IMG/VR virus record: IMGVR_UViG_3300012447_000003 | Span: 1 to 35,003 of that record | Reading direction: 5' to 3' (one strand) | Length of the DNA stretch: 35,003 bases | Origin: a virus | Shown here: piece after piece, positions 34,016-35,003 of the stretch | How the letters are laid out: each line of letters opens with the position of its first letter | Numbering within the stretch: position 1 is the stretch's first letter | The notes under the pieces: generated by a model | Seen by the model: only the letters and a program-made list of their open reading frames with translations | Told to the model about the DNA's origin: nothing | Database searches by the model: none | Made by a program: the position numbers and the translations under genes

Positions 34016-35003
34016 TGGGCTGGCCGGTCGATGACACATGGCAAGCGATCGCCGCATCACCTCACGGAATCACATGGCTTGTCACGGCCACCCGGGGTGC
34101 TCAAACACTGTCGGCAAACATGGAAGTAGCCGACGCCACCTGGACGGCCACATGGGACGGGGGCCAGGTCACATCGGAATGGAAGGGCAGCATCTGTGAC
34201 CCGCTGATGGACCTGTTCACCCAAGACCCGCTGTGTGCGTTGGCTCCGTGGGGGCAGCAGCTGCATGTCAGGGCTGCGATGGAGGCCGGCCGCACGTGGC
34301 ATGCTGCATGCCCCATCGGCGTGTTCCGCATCGAGGAAACCTCGGTTTCGGATGGCGGTGTGTGGATCCTTCAGGGCACCTCTGGATGGCGTCAGCCGGG
34401 TTTCACTGACCGGTTTGCCCCGTCTGGGCAGCAGCTGGACACGACTGGCCGCGACATGCTGCAGCAGCTGGCCGACGAGAAATGGGTGACCGGGAAACAC
34501 CCCCGAAACGTGGATGTGCGCCAGGCCATGGAGCACATTGTGGATGGTACTGGTATCCGGCTGGGTGTCTGGGCCGATAGCACCCGGATTCCTGCCGACA
34601 TGGATTGGGGCAAGGATCGTCTCGAGGCAGCCCTCACGGTGGCGAAAGCCGCCGGGAAAACGTTGTGGTGCGACCGGGTAGGAGCGTTGCAGCTGGTCGA
34701 CGACAAAACTGGGCGTGGACGGTGGGAATTTTCCCCTTCCGACGATGTTGGGGTGTCGTGGCTGCCATCTGCCACCCGCGATGGTGTCGCGAATGCCGCC
34801 GCAGTCCAGGCGGAGACGAATGGTTCCCGAACCGAGATTTGGGGTGCAGCCTACGACGTGTCATCCCCGCTGGCATGGGGTGGGCCGTTTGGGCGCATCC
34901 CAGATATCTCCACGTCACCCACCGCGCATGCCACCGTCACAGCGAACCGTGAGGCAGAAGACCGGCTCCGCACGTCGATGAAAGCCCGAACATCCACCGT
35001 CCA
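34015..35003 (+). CDS. Minor tail protein (Tal-like, tail tip), 5' part; the ORF continues across the circular junction to stop at window position 284, ~382 aa in total
   Basis: ATG at 34015 overlaps the TGA of the upstream gene (TGATG). The open frame runs to the window end with no stop and the same frame is open at 1..284. Its position after TMP and Dit fits a tail-tip protein. Confidence 0.6.
   Translation, partial: MGWPVDDTWQAIAASPHGITWLVTATRGAQTLSANMEVADATWTATWDGGQVTSEWKGSICDPLMDLFTQDPLCALAPWGQQLHVRAAMEAGRTWHAACPIGVFRIEETSVSDGGVWILQGTSGWRQPGFTDRFAPSGQQLDTTGRDMLQQLADEKWVTGKHPRNVDVRQAMEHIVDGTGIRLGVWADSTRIPADMDWGKDRLEAALTVAKAAGKTLWCDRVGALQLVDDKTGRGRWEFSPSDDVGVSWLPSATRDGVANAAAVQAETNGSRTEIWGAAYDVSSPLAWGGPFGRIPDISTSPTAHATVTANREAEDRLRTSMKARTSTV
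34877..35003. repeat. 127-bp exact duplicate of window bases 1..127 (circular closure or terminal redundancy)
   Basis: Base-by-base comparison: ggggtgggccgtttgggcgcatcccagatatc...catccaccgtcca is identical at both ends. Confidence 0.95.

Larger units (their letters stand above)
1..35003 (+). mobile_element. Complete temperate siphovirus-like phage genome (circular or terminally redundant; unit 34876 bp), shown in circular permutation
   Basis: Full set of phage modules is present: integrase+attP, cI/cro, replication, terminase, portal, capsid, tail, lysis. Bases 1..127 are identical to 34877..35003 and the ORF starting at 34015 continues in frame into 1..284. Confidence 0.85.

Overview
The window is a complete, circularly permuted genome of a temperate siphovirus-type phage, or an excised prophage, from a high-GC (~63%) actinobacterial host. 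Bases 1..127 are an exact repeat of 34877..35003, giving a unit length of 34876 bp. The tail gene starting at 34015 reads through the end of the window and terminates at 284. Nearly all genes are on the + strand and follow a classical order. After cro (9054..9311) come an antirepressor, several small early proteins, a WhiB-like regulator and a RecET-like module (YqaJ exonuclease, RecT, SSB, RusA-like resolvase). A replication initiator follows that carries an iteron-type origin inside its own coding sequence (15080..15395). Next are small hypothetical proteins, a ParB-N6/N4 DNA methyltransferase, terminase large subunit, portal, MuF-like head protein, scaffold and HK97-fold major capsid protein. 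Head-tail joining proteins, major tail protein, G/T chaperone, a 1573-aa tape measure protein, Dit-like and Tal-like proteins and a tail fibre follow. These are followed by a protein with two carbohydrate-binding-like repeats, an amidase_2 endolysin, a holin and a collagen-like protein. A self-contained two-gene accessory cassette (4947..6056) lies between the late operon and attP. attP is followed by a tyrosine integrase (6350..7690). On the minus strand sit a membrane protein, an ImmA-like metallopeptidase and an XRE (cI-like) repressor, divergent from a leaderless cro. I found no rRNA, complete tRNA or CRISPR array. The most unusual observations are five. (1) A ~3.8-kb block (15870..19650) has extreme strand composition skew, with C about 45% and G about 12% on the coding strand, and it starts abruptly just downstream of the iteron origin. 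(2) The two-gene accessory cassette near attP has its own promoter, an internal perfect 24-bp palindrome and two near-identical terminators. (3) The G/T tail-chaperone extension needs a -1 shift at CCCTTTC followed by a +1 correction in a G6 run. (4) The iteron origin itself. (5) attP with 29-bp arm repeats and a tRNA T-arm-like core.
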